A stretch of DNA of 52,487 nucleotides from Solirubrobacterales bacterium (GTDB lineage Bacteria > Actinomycetota > Thermoleophilia > Solirubrobacterales > Solirubrobacteraceae), in assembly GCA_025963935.1 (NCBI GenBank), contig JAOPZV010000299.1, positions 1 through 52,487 of the forward strand, in the 5' to 3' direction. The notes beneath the pieces were generated by a model. The model was not told the DNA's origin, did not search any database, and saw nothing but the letters and a program-made list of their open reading frames with translations. Position 1 is the stretch's first letter, and each line of letters begins with the position of its first letter. The position numbers and the translations under genes are program-made. This document shows, piece after piece, positions 38,612-48,579 of this stretch.

Positions 38612-39643
38612 ATGCGCGGGGGGCGCGCGCTCGACGTGCTGATCGTCTCGCTTGGCTCGACGGGTGGCCTGCGTGCCGCCGACGAGGAGCTGGAAGCCTC
38701 CCTGCAGCGGGCCGGCGCGAGCGTCGCGACCGCCCGCGCCGATGCTCCGCGGCCGCGACGCACGCTGATGCTCACGGACCTCGAATGGGCACGCGCAGCA
38801 CGCGCGGCGGCGGCTGCGGCAATCGCGCCGAATGGCGCCGGCGCCCGGGCTGTCATCTACTCCTCGACCACCGCCGCGCTGCTCTGGCCACGCGCCGGCG
38901 CGATCCGCTTCGACGCCCCCGCCGCCGGCAACCGCCCGGGCAGGCACGGGCTCTGGCAGCGCCCACTCGAGCGCCGTCGATTGGCCGAGACGCCGCTGCT
39001 GCTGCCGTGGAGCGCGGGCGGGCTGGCGGAGTCCGCGCCGCCGCGAGCCGAGGAGCGCACGCTCGTGCTGCCCGTGCCCGTCTCGCCGTCGGGTGCGCCG
39101 GTCGAGTCCCGCGACATCGCGGCGATCACGTACGCCGCCAACCCCCGCAAGAAGGGCCTCGATCGCGTGCTGTCGGCCTGGCGGCAGAGTCGCGCGCGCC
39201 ATCCCCGGGAGGACGAGCAGCTGATCCTCACCGGCGTAACGGAGGAGGAGCTCGAACGCTCCGGATTCGACCTTTCCCGCCACGAGGGCATCCGGGTCGC
39301 GGGCGTGTTGGGAGCGGCCGACTACCGCGCGCTGCTGCGCAGGGCGCGCGTGTTCATCGCCGCGCCACGCCGGGAGGACTACGGGATCGCCCAGCTCGAG
39401 GCGCTGGCAGACGGGTGCCAGCTCGTCACCACGCCGTCGCCGGGGCCCTACGCGGCGCTGCCGATCGCCCGGGCGCTCGACCCGCGGCTCGTAAGCGAGG
39501 ACCTCGCCGGTGCGCTGGCTGTGGCGCTTGACGCGCCGCTGCCCGACTACGCGTCCGGGGCGCGAGGCGCTCTCAAGCCCTTCAGCCGCGAGGCGGCAGA
39601 CAGCCTCGTCGCCGATCGTCTACTGCCGCGCCTGCTCGGCTAG
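38612..39643 (+). CDS. GT-B glycosyltransferase (GT4-like)
   Basis: KKGLD and EDYGIAQLEALADG (ExxG-x4-E) motifs. Confidence 0.85.
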   Translation: MRGGRALDVLIVSLGSTGGLRAADEELEASLQRAGASVATARADAPRPRRTLMLTDLEWARAARAAAAAAIAPNGAGARAVIYSSTTAALLWPRAGAIRFDAPAAGNRPGRHGLWQRPLERRRLAETPLLLPWSAGGLAESAPPRAEERTLVLPVPVSPSGAPVESRDIAAITYAANPRKKGLDRVLSAWRQSRARHPREDEQLILTGVTEEELERSGFDLSRHEGIRVAGVLGAADYRALLRRARVFIAAPRREDYGIAQLEALADGCQLVTTPSPGPYAALPIARALDPRLVSEDLAGALAVALDAPLPDYASGARGALKPFSREAADSLVADRLLPRLLG

Positions 39644-41455
39644 CGCCGCCCGCGATCCGTGCGGGCGCTTTCCGAGGCGCAGCAGCTCGCGGAGCGGGCG
39701 CGTGTTGGCGACATCCTCGCGTGTCAGCCAGGCGCGCCGTGCGGTCGCCACGCCCCAGCGCATGTTCTGCAGGGTCGCAGTGCGGTGGGCGTCGGAGTCG
39801 ATCAGTATCGACACGCCCGCTCGAGCCGCGGCCCGCGCGTGAATGTCGGAGAGGTCACGGCGGTCCGGGTTCGCGTTGATCTCGAGCAGCGTGCCGGTTC
39901 GTGCCGCCGCGGCGAAGACCGCCCCCAGGTCCACCGCGTACGGAGCCCGCCGCTCGATCAGCCGGCCGGTCGGATGTCCGATCGCGTTGACGAGTGGATG
40001 CTCGATCGCGGTGATCATGCGCGCGGTCATCGCGTCCTCGCCGATCCCGAACGACGTGTGCACGCTGGCGATCACCCAGTCCAGCTCGGCGAGCAGATCG
40101 TCGTCATAGTCGAGCGAGCCATCGGGGAGGATGTTGACCTCGCTGCCCGCCAGCAGCTCGATGCCCTCCACGCGGTCGTTCGCCTCGCGTACGAGCTCGA
40201 TCTGGTGTCGCAGCTGCTCAGGCGAGACGTCGTTGCCGAAGCCGTGGCTCGCGGAATGGTCTGTGATCGCCAGGTACTCGTAGCCGCGCTCGCGAGCGGC
40301 GCTCGCCATCTCCTCGATCGTGTTGTGTCCGTCGGAGGCGATCGTGTGGCTGTGCAGGTCGCCGCGGATGTCCTCGATCTCGATGAGGCGGGGCAGTCCG
40401 CTCGCCTCTGCCGCGCGTCGCGCACTGCGGCGGCCGTCGCCGTGCTGCAGCCGCGCGGCCTCGAGCTCGCCGCGGTTCTCGCGCAGCTCGGGGGGGATGT
40501 AGGCGAGCCCAAGGTGTTCGTAGACCTCCTCCTCGGTGGCGCAGCTGTGGGTGATGCCGGTGGCGTCGTCGAGCACCCCGTACTCGGAGACGTGCAGCCC
40601 CCGGCGAACCGCCGCCTCGCGCAGCGCTGCGTTGTGCTCGCCAGAGCCTGTGAAGTGCTGCAGCAGGTTGCCCAGCTGCTCGGGCGCGCCGATCCTCACG
40701 TCCACCGGCACGCCCGAGTGCGTGCGAGCCCTCGCGCCAGACTCCCCGGCGGAGGTGACGCTCTCGATCTGCTCGAGCTCGCCCAGCGCGCGCGCGAGCT
40801 CGGCCGGTCTCGTGGTGGTCGCGACCAGGTCGAGGTCCTTCACGCTGTCGGTCTGACGCCGGACCGATCCGGCGAGCTGCACGTGGGCGTCCCCGCCGGC
40901 ACGCTCACGAAGGCCGGTCACGAGCGCCTCGCCGATTTCGATCGCCCTGGGCAGCAGGATGCGCGGGGCGGGCCGCCCGGCCGGTCGCGTCGACATCTCC
41001 TGCAGCCCCTCGAGCACGCTCGCCTCGAACTTCGGGCCCAGGCCGCGGACCGTGCGCAGTCGCTGGGCGAGCGCCGCCTCGCGCAGTGCCTCGGGCGAGT
41101 CGATGCCCAGCTCGGATTGCAGCAGCCGGGCGCGCTTGGGACCGACCCCGGGCAGCCGGGTGATCGCGATCAGACCCGGGGGGAACTTCGCCCGCAGCCG
41201 CTCCGCCGCGGGGATCGTGCCCGTGTCGAGCAGAGCGAGGATCTTCTCCTGGAGCGTCTTGCCGATGCCAGGCAGCTCGGTGGCGCGACCCTCCCGCGCC
41301 AGTGCGGCCACCGAAACCGAGGCGTTCCGCACTGCTTTGGCTGCGCGGCGATACGCCAGCACGCGGTGCACGTTCGCTCCGTCGAGCTCATACAGATCCC
41401 CGAGCTCCTCGAGGGCGTCGGCGATATCGGTGTTGGAGAGCTGTGAGTTGGCCAC
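39620..41455 (-). CDS. polX: DNA polymerase X with PHP domain
   Basis: HhH motifs, AGSVRR...KDLD, DVR, FTGS; PHP motifs DLHSHT..SDG, TDHS, GHPTGR and DSDAH. Confidence 0.96.
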   Translation of the reverse strand: MANSQLSNTDIADALEELGDLYELDGANVHRVLAYRRAAKAVRNASVSVAALAREGRATELPGIGKTLQEKILALLDTGTIPAAERLRAKFPPGLIAITRLPGVGPKRARLLQSELGIDSPEALREAALAQRLRTVRGLGPKFEASVLEGLQEMSTRPAGRPAPRILLPRAIEIGEALVTGLRERAGGDAHVQLAGSVRRQTDSVKDLDLVATTTRPAELARALGELEQIESVTSAGESGARARTHSGVPVDVRIGAPEQLGNLLQHFTGSGEHNAALREAAVRRGLHVSEYGVLDDATGITHSCATEEEVYEHLGLAYIPPELRENRGELEAARLQHGDGRRSARRAAEASGLPRLIEIEDIRGDLHSHTIASDGHNTIEEMASAARERGYEYLAITDHSASHGFGNDVSPEQLRHQIELVREANDRVEGIELLAGSEVNILPDGSLDYDDDLLAELDWVIASVHTSFGIGEDAMTARMITAIEHPLVNAIGHPTGRLIERRAPYAVDLGAVFAAAARTGTLLEINANPDRRDLSDIHARAAARAGVSILIDSDAHRTATLQNMRWGVATARRAWLTREDVANTRPLRELLRLGKRPHGSRAALAEQARQ

Positions 41456-41547
41456 GCTGACCAGGGTAGGAGCCGGCGCCGGGATCGGTACAGGGGCCTG
41501 CGGCTGCCGGCCCGGCAGCCACCCTACGGTCTAGGGTACGCCGACCG

Positions 41548-42267
41548 ATGTCCGGCGAGCCGTGGCTGATACTGCCCACCTACAACGAGGCGGAGAACGT
41601 GCAGGCGATCGTCGCCGCGTCCGGCGAGGTGCTCTCGCGCGCCGCCCCCGGCGGCCACCGCGTGCTGATCGTCGACGACGGCTCCCCTGACGGGACCGGG
41701 GAGATCGCCGACCAGCTGGCTGCCGAGCATCCGTGGGTGGAGGTTCTGCATCGCGCCGAGAAGAACGGCATCGGGCCCGCCTACCTGGCCGGCTTCCGCC
41801 ATGCCCTCGACCACGGCGCCGGCTACGTGATGGAGATGGACAGCGACTTCTCCCATGACCCGGCCGACCTCGCTCGTCTGCTCGAGGCCGTCTACGGCGG
41901 CGCCGATCTCGCTCTCGGCTCGCGCTATGTGCCGGGCGGAGGCGTGAGCGACTGGGGCATGTTGCGGCGCTTCATCAGCGAGGGCGGCTCGACGTACGCG
42001 CGCGTCGTGCTCGGCCTCCGCGTGCGCGATCTGACAGGTGGGTTCAAGTGCTTCCGGCGCGAGGTGCTCGAGTCGATCCACTTCGACAGTGTCCGCTCCC
42101 GCGGCTATGCCTTCCAGGTCGAGCTGACCTACCGCGCCGTGCAGGGTGGCTTCAACGTTGTCGAGGTGCCCATCGTCTTCCGCGACCGGCAGTACGGAAC
42201 CAGCAAGATGTCATGGCGCATTGCCGCCGAGGCGATGTGGCTGGTGCCGCGCCTGCGCTTCAGGTAG
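41548..42267 (+). CDS. ppm1: polyprenol monophosphomannose synthase (GT2)
   Basis: LPTYNEAEN, VDDGSPDGT, EMDSDFSH, GSRYVPGG and DLTGGFK. Confidence 0.9.
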   Translation: MSGEPWLILPTYNEAENVQAIVAASGEVLSRAAPGGHRVLIVDDGSPDGTGEIADQLAAEHPWVEVLHRAEKNGIGPAYLAGFRHALDHGAGYVMEMDSDFSHDPADLARLLEAVYGGADLALGSRYVPGGGVSDWGMLRRFISEGGSTYARVVLGLRVRDLTGGFKCFRREVLESIHFDSVRSRGYAFQVELTYRAVQGGFNVVEVPIVFRDRQYGTSKMSWRIAAEAMWLVPRLRFR

Positions 42268-42293
42268 GCGCCCGCCGCGTCGATGGAGAGCTG

Positions 42294-43046
42294 ATGGATG
42301 CCTCCGCCTATGCGTTCGCCCACGGCGTGCGTCACACCCGCACGACGCTGCGCATCTGGCAGCAGAGGCCCGGTCCGGTGTTGGCAAGGTGGCTGGCCGG
42401 CGCAGCCGCAGCTGCCGCCGCCCTCCTCGCCGCCGTGTGGGTCATCGCGTCGCTCGACGGCGGCTACCAGCAGGTCATCAGCCTGCGCCCGCCGTTCGCC
42501 GTCGGTGATGCCGGCAACGTGCTCGCGGTCCTGCGCAACAACCTCCTTGTCCTCGCGCTGCATGCGATGGCATGCGTCGCCGGGTTCATCGCCGGGAGCT
42601 CGCTGCCGATGCAGGCCGAGCACCACCACGGCATCTCGCGGTGGGTGCACGAACACGGCGGGCGGATCGCGATCATCTTCGTCGCCGCCGCAACGACCTT
42701 CTCGCTGAGCGCCCAGGCGTACCTGATCGGACACACGCTCGCCGGCGTATCGGGCTTCCTGCGGGTATCGCCCGGCCTGCTCCTGCTCGGCGTGCTTCCA
42801 CATGCGGTCCCGGAGCTCGTCGCGCTGTTCCTGCCGTTGGCGGCGTGGATAATCGCGAGCCGACGAGGGGAGTGGGAGCAGCTGCTGGCCGCGACCTTCG
42901 TCACGGTTGCGATCGCGGTGCCCGTGTTGGTCGCCTCGGCTTTCGTCGAGGTCTACGTCTCCCCGCACCTGTTCGGCGCTCTCACGCACATACACCCGCC
43001 GATCGTTCGCACCACTCCGGACGGGTGGACGGTCGTCGTGCGCTGA
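42294..43046 (+). CDS. SpoIIM-like integral membrane protein
   Basis: NN...LPHAVPEL...AFVEVYVSP pattern typical of SpoIIM/DUF95. Confidence 0.75.
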   Translation: MDASAYAFAHGVRHTRTTLRIWQQRPGPVLARWLAGAAAAAAALLAAVWVIASLDGGYQQVISLRPPFAVGDAGNVLAVLRNNLLVLALHAMACVAGFIAGSSLPMQAEHHHGISRWVHEHGGRIAIIFVAAATTFSLSAQAYLIGHTLAGVSGFLRVSPGLLLLGVLPHAVPELVALFLPLAAWIIASRRGEWEQLLAATFVTVAIAVPVLVASAFVEVYVSPHLFGALTHIHPPIVRTTPDGWTVVVR

Positions 43047-43061
43047 GCGCCCTGCCCGGCC

Positions 43062-43196
43062 CTAGCGGTCGAGGTCCTTCTCCTGCTGTTCGGCCTGGTA
43101 GCGGTCCTCCGAGCGGAACAGCATAAGCAGCAGCAGGATCGCGCCGGCGACGACCACTCCGATCACGATCTGTCCACTGACGGCAAGCGGGAGCAT
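43062..43196 (-). CDS. small single-TM protein (44 aa)
   Basis: MLPLAVSGQIVIGVVVAGAILLLLMLFRSEDRY...; TATCGT 6 nt upstream of the ATG. Confidence 0.6.
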   Translation of the reverse strand: MLPLAVSGQIVIGVVVAGAILLLLMLFRSEDRYQAEQQEKDLDR

Positions 43197-43282
43197 CGTC
43201 GAACGATAGCCCCGGGCGATTGGGGCCGCTGCAAGCCCCACCCCACGCTGCGCTAGACGACCCGGTGTGCGGCCGCCGCCAA

Positions 43283-43549
43283 CTAGGCCATCGATGCTTC
43301 CAGGCTTTTTTTCGCGAACTCGAGCATCCCCAACGACACCCACGGATACTGCGCCGCTCGAACGCGTAGGCCGACGTTCCCGTCGGGTCCCGTGACCTCC
43401 ACGATCGTGATGACGCGGCCGATTTCGTAGCCGTCGCCGAAGTCGGCTTCGATGGCGTCCATCTGCTCGGCGACTTCCTGCATGAGCCGCGCCCGGGGGT
43501 CGCGCCCGGCGCCCGTGTCGCCTACCTCGTCGTCTTCCGCCGCTGCCAT
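43283..43549 (-). CDS. small acidic hypothetical protein
   Basis: 88-aa ORF with globular-looking composition; AAGGGA RBS. Confidence 0.7.
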   Translation of the reverse strand: MAAAEDDEVGDTGAGRDPRARLMQEVAEQMDAIEADFGDGYEIGRVITIVEVTGPDGNVGLRVRAAQYPWVSLGMLEFAKKSLEASMA

Positions 43550-43662
43550 TCGCTAGTCCCTTCGTTGAGAGCCGAACGAGCAGCCATCATGTCACCGACA
43601 CGGACACCCGGGAGCCGGGACTTCATTTTGTATAGTGGTGGACAAGCGACCAAGGAGAACTC

Positions 43663-43995
43663 ATGGCAGGCACCCTGATGCAAGTCACCGACACCAACTT
43701 CGACGCGGAGGTCCTCGAGGCAGAGGGGCACGTGCTCGTCGACTTTTGGGCGCCTTGGTGCGGTCCCTGCCGCGTGGTGGCCCCCGTGCTCGAGGAGATC
43801 GCCGCCGAGCGCACCGATCTGCGGATCGTCAAGCTCGACATCGACGAGAACCCCCAGACCGCCGCCCGCTTCCAGGTTCTCTCGATCCCCACGATGATCC
43901 TCTTCAAGGGTGGAGAGCCGGTGAAGACCGTCATCGGCGCCTACCCCAAGAAGAAGCTCGAGCAGGAGCTCGAGCCCTCGCTCACCGCCGTCTGA
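43663..43995 (+). CDS. trxA: thioredoxin
   Basis: DFWAPWCGPC; AAGGAG RBS. Confidence 0.97.
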   Translation: MAGTLMQVTDTNFDAEVLEAEGHVLVDFWAPWCGPCRVVAPVLEEIAAERTDLRIVKLDIDENPQTAARFQVLSIPTMILFKGGEPVKTVIGAYPKKKLEQELEPSLTAV

Positions 43996-44008
43996 GCGCT
44001 GCCCGGCA

Positions 44009-47000
44009 CTAAGCCGGGCCGGGCTGAGTGCGGCGGAGGCTGATGCTCAGCACCAGTCCTTCGACGTCGGTCTGCTCGGAGTAGTCGAGCGTCGCGGCGG
44101 CACCGTCTGCGTCGTTCGCGATGTGCAGCGCGGTGGCGAGCGTCTCGCGGGCGATCGAGTCGCGGTGCTCGGTCACGGCCTCCAGCAGTGACACGTCGCC
44201 GCTGAGCGCGAGCTCGATGCGGTCCTCGACCTGCAGGCCGGCGGTCTTGCGCGAGCTCTGGATCGCGTGGACGATCTCCCGCGCACGACCCTCACGGAGC
44301 AGGTCCTCGTCGATGGCGAGGTCGAGTGCCACGGCGTGGGCGCCCTCGCGCTCGACGCTGTAGCCGTCCGGAGCGCGCATCGTGAGGATCACGTCCTCAG
44401 CCGAGAGCGTGTGATCGCGCCCGGCGACCGCGATGCCGATCACGCTGCCGTCGCGCAGCGCGGCGGCCACGTGAGCGGGGTCGAGCGCCGCCACGGCCTC
44501 GGCCGCGCGGGGCATCTCCTTGCCGAAGATCGGTCCGAGCGTCCGGTAGTTGGGCTTGATCTCATAGCTGCCGAGCTCCTCCGCCGCTGCGACGAACCGC
44601 ACGCGCCTGACGTTCAGCTCCTCGCGTACGACGTCCGCGAGGCGTTCGATTCCCTCGCGCTCGCGCCCGTCCGCCACGACCACCGCCTCGCCGAGCGGCT
44701 GGCGGACCTTGATCTTCGCCTGTCCACGCGCACCCAGACCGAGGCGAACCGTCTCCCGTGCGAGCTCCATCGCCCCCTCGAGCTCATCGTCGCGTGGCGC
44801 CACCTCGGCGGCTCGGGGGAAGTCGCAGAGGTGCACGCTCGCCCGCGAGCCGTCGAGGTTGTCGTAGATCTCATCCGCGACGAACGGGCAGAACGGCGCG
44901 AGGAGCTTCGCGACGGTCAGCAGACAGGTGCGGAGCGTGGCGAACGCCGCGGGGTCGCCTTCCCAGAAGCGCCGCCGCGAGCGGCGGACGTACCAGTTCG
45001 AGAGCTCGTCCACGAGCCCCGCGATCGCCCGCCCGGCGCTCGTCGCATCGTAGGCGTCAAGCCGCTCGCCGACCAGCTCGGCGGTGGCCGCCGTACGAGA
45101 CAGCGCCCATCGGTCCAGATCCTCGGCCGCGCCGCCCGGCCGGCCGTTGCCCTGAGAGTCGGTACTCGCCTCACGCAACTCCTCCGCCGACGCCTGCGCG
45201 TAGAGCACGTAGAAGTAGTACGTCGACCACAGCTGCTTGAGGAACAGCCGCACCCCCTCGCCGATCGCCTCCGCTGAGAAGCGGTAGCCGTCCCACGGCT
45301 GTTTCGATGTGAAGAAGTACCAGCGAAGGGCGTCGGCGCCGTAGGTGTCGAGGACCGGCCAGGGCTCGACGGCGTTGCCCTTGGACTTGGACATCTTCTG
45401 GCCCTGCTCGTCGAGGATCAGGCCGAGGCACACGACGTTCTTGTACGGGGCGGGCCACGAGAGAAGGGTGGCGATCGCCAGCAGCGAGTAGAACCAGCCC
45501 CGCGTCTGGTCCTGCGCCTCGCAGATGAAATCGGCCGGGAAGCGCTCCCGAAACGTCTCTTCGTTCTCAAAGGGGAAGTGGTGCTGCGCGAAGGGCATCG
45601 ACCCGGAGTCGAACCACACGTCGATCACCTCGGGCACGCGCTTCGCGGGCTCACCGCATGGCTCGCCACCCGGCTCGTCGGTGTGCGGGCACGGGAACCC
45701 CGCGCCGTCCACGTATGGCCGATGATGGTCCTCGAGCTCGATGCCGGACCGTTCGGCCAGCTCCGCGAAGGAACCCACCACGTGCACGTGTCCGCGCGGG
45801 CAGCGCCACACGGGCAGGGGCGTCCCCCAGTAGCGCTCTCGCGAAAGGGCCCAGTCGACGTTGTTCTTCAGCCAGTCTCCGAATCGGCCATGCTTGACGT
45901 GCGGCGGGTACCAGTTGACGGTCTCGTTCGCCGCCAGCATCTCCTCGCGCAACTTCGAGGTCGCGATGTACCACGACGGTTTGGCGTAATAGAGCAGCGG
46001 CGTCCCGCAGCGCCAGCAGTGCGGATACGAGTGCTCGTACTCCTGCACCTCGAGCACCAGACCGCGCCCGCGGAGGTCCGCGATGAGCTCCTCTGTGAGC
46101 GCCGGGTCCTTGACGAAGCGTCCCTCATAGGAGCGACCCTCGCTGCTGAGCACGCGGCCGTCGTAGGTGCCGTCCGGGCGGACAGGGTTGTACAGGGTGT
46201 CCGCGCGCGTCGGGTCGAACGGAACGTTGGGGGCGGCCGCCGCGACGCGGTAGTCGTCCTCGCCGAATGCCGGTGCGAGGTGCACGATGCCCGTCCCGTC
46301 CTGCGTGGTGACGAACGCGTCGGCGAGGATCGGCAGCTCTCCGTCCTCGCGGTCGGAGGCCGCGAAGATGGGCCCCCGATAGGAGCGGTATCTCTCCACG
46401 AGCTCCGAGCCAGTGAGCCGCTCGAGGATCTCCGAGCCCTCCCCGAGCAGCGGCCCTACCCGATCCTCGGCGAGCAGGAAGACCTCCTCGGCGACCCGCA
46501 CCCTGGCGTACGTCGCGCCCGGCGACACCGCCACGGCGACGTTCCCGGGGAGCGTCCACGGCGTCGTTGTCCACACGAGCAGCCGCTCCTCGCCGCCACT
46601 CACCTGGAGCTTCAGGTAGATACTCGGATCGACTACGTCTTCGTAGCCGAGTGCTACCTCGTGGGAAGACAGCGTGGTCTCGCAGCGGGGGCAGTAGGGA
46701 ACGACCTTGTGGCCCTCGTAGAGCAGGCCACGCTTCGCTATCTCCGACAGCGCCCACCACACAGACTCCATGTAGGACTCATCGAGGGTTCGATAGGCGT
46801 GCTCCAGATCGAGCCAGAAGCCGATCCGCTCGGTCAGGCGGTTCCACTCCGAGACGTACGCGAAGACCGACTCCCGGCATGCTGCGTTGAACGCCTCGAT
46901 CCCGATCTTCTCCTCGATCTCCGCCTTGGAGGAGATACCGAGCTGCTGTTCCACCGCGATCTCCACTGGCAGCCCGTGGCAATCCCAGCCGCCCTTGCGC

Positions 47001-47269
47001 TCCACGCGGTATCCGCGCATCGTCTGGAAGCGCGGATAGATGTCCTTGAAGACCCGGGATAGGACGTGGTGGGTGCCCGGCGGCCCGTTGGCCGTCGGAG
47101 GGCCCTCGTAGAAGACCCACTGCTCGGCGGCCTCTCGCGCGCGCAGCGACTCCGCGAACACGTCCCGCTCGCGCCAGCGCTCCAGCACCTCGAGCTCGAG
47201 CGCGGGAAGCTCCTGCCGCGGATCGACCTCGCGGCGGGGCATCAGCGGATGGCGTGGACGGTCGCTCAC
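44009..47269 (-). CDS. ileS: isoleucine--tRNA ligase, type 2
   Basis: YEGPPTANG, GWDCHGLPVE, WTTTPWTLP, DWALSRERYWGTP, DQTRGWFY and KMSKS; type-2 C-terminus. Start GTG 47269 or ATG 47281. Confidence 0.97.
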   Translation of the reverse strand: MSDRPRHPLMPRREVDPRQELPALELEVLERWRERDVFAESLRAREAAEQWVFYEGPPTANGPPGTHHVLSRVFKDIYPRFQTMRGYRVERKGGWDCHGLPVEIAVEQQLGISSKAEIEEKIGIEAFNAACRESVFAYVSEWNRLTERIGFWLDLEHAYRTLDESYMESVWWALSEIAKRGLLYEGHKVVPYCPRCETTLSSHEVALGYEDVVDPSIYLKLQVSGGEERLLVWTTTPWTLPGNVAVAVSPGATYARVRVAEEVFLLAEDRVGPLLGEGSEILERLTGSELVERYRSYRGPIFAASDREDGELPILADAFVTTQDGTGIVHLAPAFGEDDYRVAAAAPNVPFDPTRADTLYNPVRPDGTYDGRVLSSEGRSYEGRFVKDPALTEELIADLRGRGLVLEVQEYEHSYPHCWRCGTPLLYYAKPSWYIATSKLREEMLAANETVNWYPPHVKHGRFGDWLKNNVDWALSRERYWGTPLPVWRCPRGHVHVVGSFAELAERSGIELEDHHRPYVDGAGFPCPHTDEPGGEPCGEPAKRVPEVIDVWFDSGSMPFAQHHFPFENEETFRERFPADFICEAQDQTRGWFYSLLAIATLLSWPAPYKNVVCLGLILDEQGQKMSKSKGNAVEPWPVLDTYGADALRWYFFTSKQPWDGYRFSAEAIGEGVRLFLKQLWSTYYFYVLYAQASAEELREASTDSQGNGRPGGAAEDLDRWALSRTAATAELVGERLDAYDATSAGRAIAGLVDELSNWYVRRSRRRFWEGDPAAFATLRTCLLTVAKLLAPFCPFVADEIYDNLDGSRASVHLCDFPRAAEVAPRDDELEGAMELARETVRLGLGARGQAKIKVRQPLGEAVVVADGREREGIERLADVVREELNVRRVRFVAAAEELGSYEIKPNYRTLGPIFGKEMPRAAEAVAALDPAHVAAALRDGSVIGIAVAGRDHTLSAEDVILTMRAPDGYSVEREGAHAVALDLAIDEDLLREGRAREIVHAIQSSRKTAGLQVEDRIELALSGDVSLLEAVTEHRDSIARETLATALHIANDADGAAATLDYSEQTDVEGLVLSISLRRTQPGPA

Positions 47270-47362
47270 GGGGCGGCCCATTGTAGGTGCGTCCTCAGGT
47301 GTTCCTGCGCGCGCGCCCGGCCGCGGTGATCATCGTGAACGTTGCGGGTACTCTCTCGAACG

Positions 47363-48514
47363 GTGAGCGCGCGCAACGACCTCACGCCCGAGACGCTCAG
47401 GAGGCTCGCCGGCCTGCGGGCGGAGCAGAACACCGTGCTCAGCCTGTATCTCAACCTCGACCCGGAGCGCTTCGCGACACCGCGCGCGCGAAAGTCGGAG
47501 ATCGACTCGGTGCTCGACGGAGCGCACCGCGAGATAGAGGCCGGTGAGCGCCCGCACTCCGAGCTCATGGCGCTGCGCGCCGCGCACGAGCGCGCCAGCG
47601 AGATTCTGAGCGCCGGAGACGAAGGATGGGCACAGGACGCCCACGCCGTCGCCCTGTTCATCTCACGGCCGCTCAAGCTCGATGACCTGCTGCGCCTTCC
47701 CCACCCCCTGGAGAGCACTTCGATGATCGCCGATGAGCCGTTCCTCGCTCCACTGACGGAGATCACGCCCGCCAGCTCCGTCTGCGTCGCCCTCGTCGAC
47801 GAGCGGCACGCCAGGATCCTGCGGGGCTCGGCCGAGCGGCTCGAGCAGGCGAGCAGGGTCAGCGATCCCGTTCACGGCCGCCATGACCAGGGCGGCTGGT
47901 CGCAGGCGCGCTACCAACGCTCGCAGCACGAGGACGTCGAGGCGCACCTGCGCCATGTCGCCCAAGAGCTGCACCATCTGCTTGGGGAAGCGCCGTTCGA
48001 GCATCTGCTCATCGCGTGCACCGAGCCCCTTTGGCCACGGGTGCTCTCGCATCTGCACGCGGATGTCCGGGCACGCTTGCACGACCGGCGCCTCGTGCTC
48101 GACGTGCCGGACGCCGGTATCGAGGAGATCGTCGCCGCCTCGGATGCCGTCCTCGAGGACGAGCGTCGTGCCCACGAGGAGCAGCTGCTCGCCGAGCTTC
48201 GTGAACACCTTGCGCGCAACACGCGCGCCGCCGCCGGGCCCGAGGACGTCCTGCTCGCGCTCGTCGAGCGCCGGGTTCAGGCGCTTCTCTACGAGGCCGG
48301 CCTGCAGGCCGGCGGCGTGCGCTGCCCGCGCTGCGGCTGGATGGGTGTCGAGGGCGAGAGCTGTCCCAACGACGGGGGCGAGGTGGATCGGCGCGAGAGC
48401 ATCCTCGAGGACGCTGTGCAGTCGGCCATCGGCCAGGACGCGGAGGTGGTCCCGCTGCGCGACCGGCCAGACCTGCGTGCCTTCGACGGGATCGCCGCGA
48501 TCCTCCGCTTCTGA
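47363..48514 (+). CDS. bacterial archaeo-eukaryotic release factor (baeRF / eRF1-like) peptidyl-tRNA hydrolase
   Basis: VLSLYL, HGRHDQGGWSQARYQR catalytic loop, CxxC...C, and C-terminal GIAAILRF. Confidence 0.85.
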   Translation: MSARNDLTPETLRRLAGLRAEQNTVLSLYLNLDPERFATPRARKSEIDSVLDGAHREIEAGERPHSELMALRAAHERASEILSAGDEGWAQDAHAVALFISRPLKLDDLLRLPHPLESTSMIADEPFLAPLTEITPASSVCVALVDERHARILRGSAERLEQASRVSDPVHGRHDQGGWSQARYQRSQHEDVEAHLRHVAQELHHLLGEAPFEHLLIACTEPLWPRVLSHLHADVRARLHDRRLVLDVPDAGIEEIVAASDAVLEDERRAHEEQLLAELREHLARNTRAAAGPEDVLLALVERRVQALLYEAGLQAGGVRCPRCGWMGVEGESCPNDGGEVDRRESILEDAVQSAIGQDAEVVPLRDRPDLRAFDGIAAILRF

Positions 48515-48579
48515 GCGAGCAGCCCGGCGACCCGGCGGTCATGCGGTCGCCTGTACCGCCGCGCCCGGCTGCTGGCGCC

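Noticed and set aside
36853-38856. 667-aa ORF that looks like a long fusion to TauE
   Set aside because: Only the last ~125 codons are TSUP-like; the rest is antisense to otsB and its neighbours.
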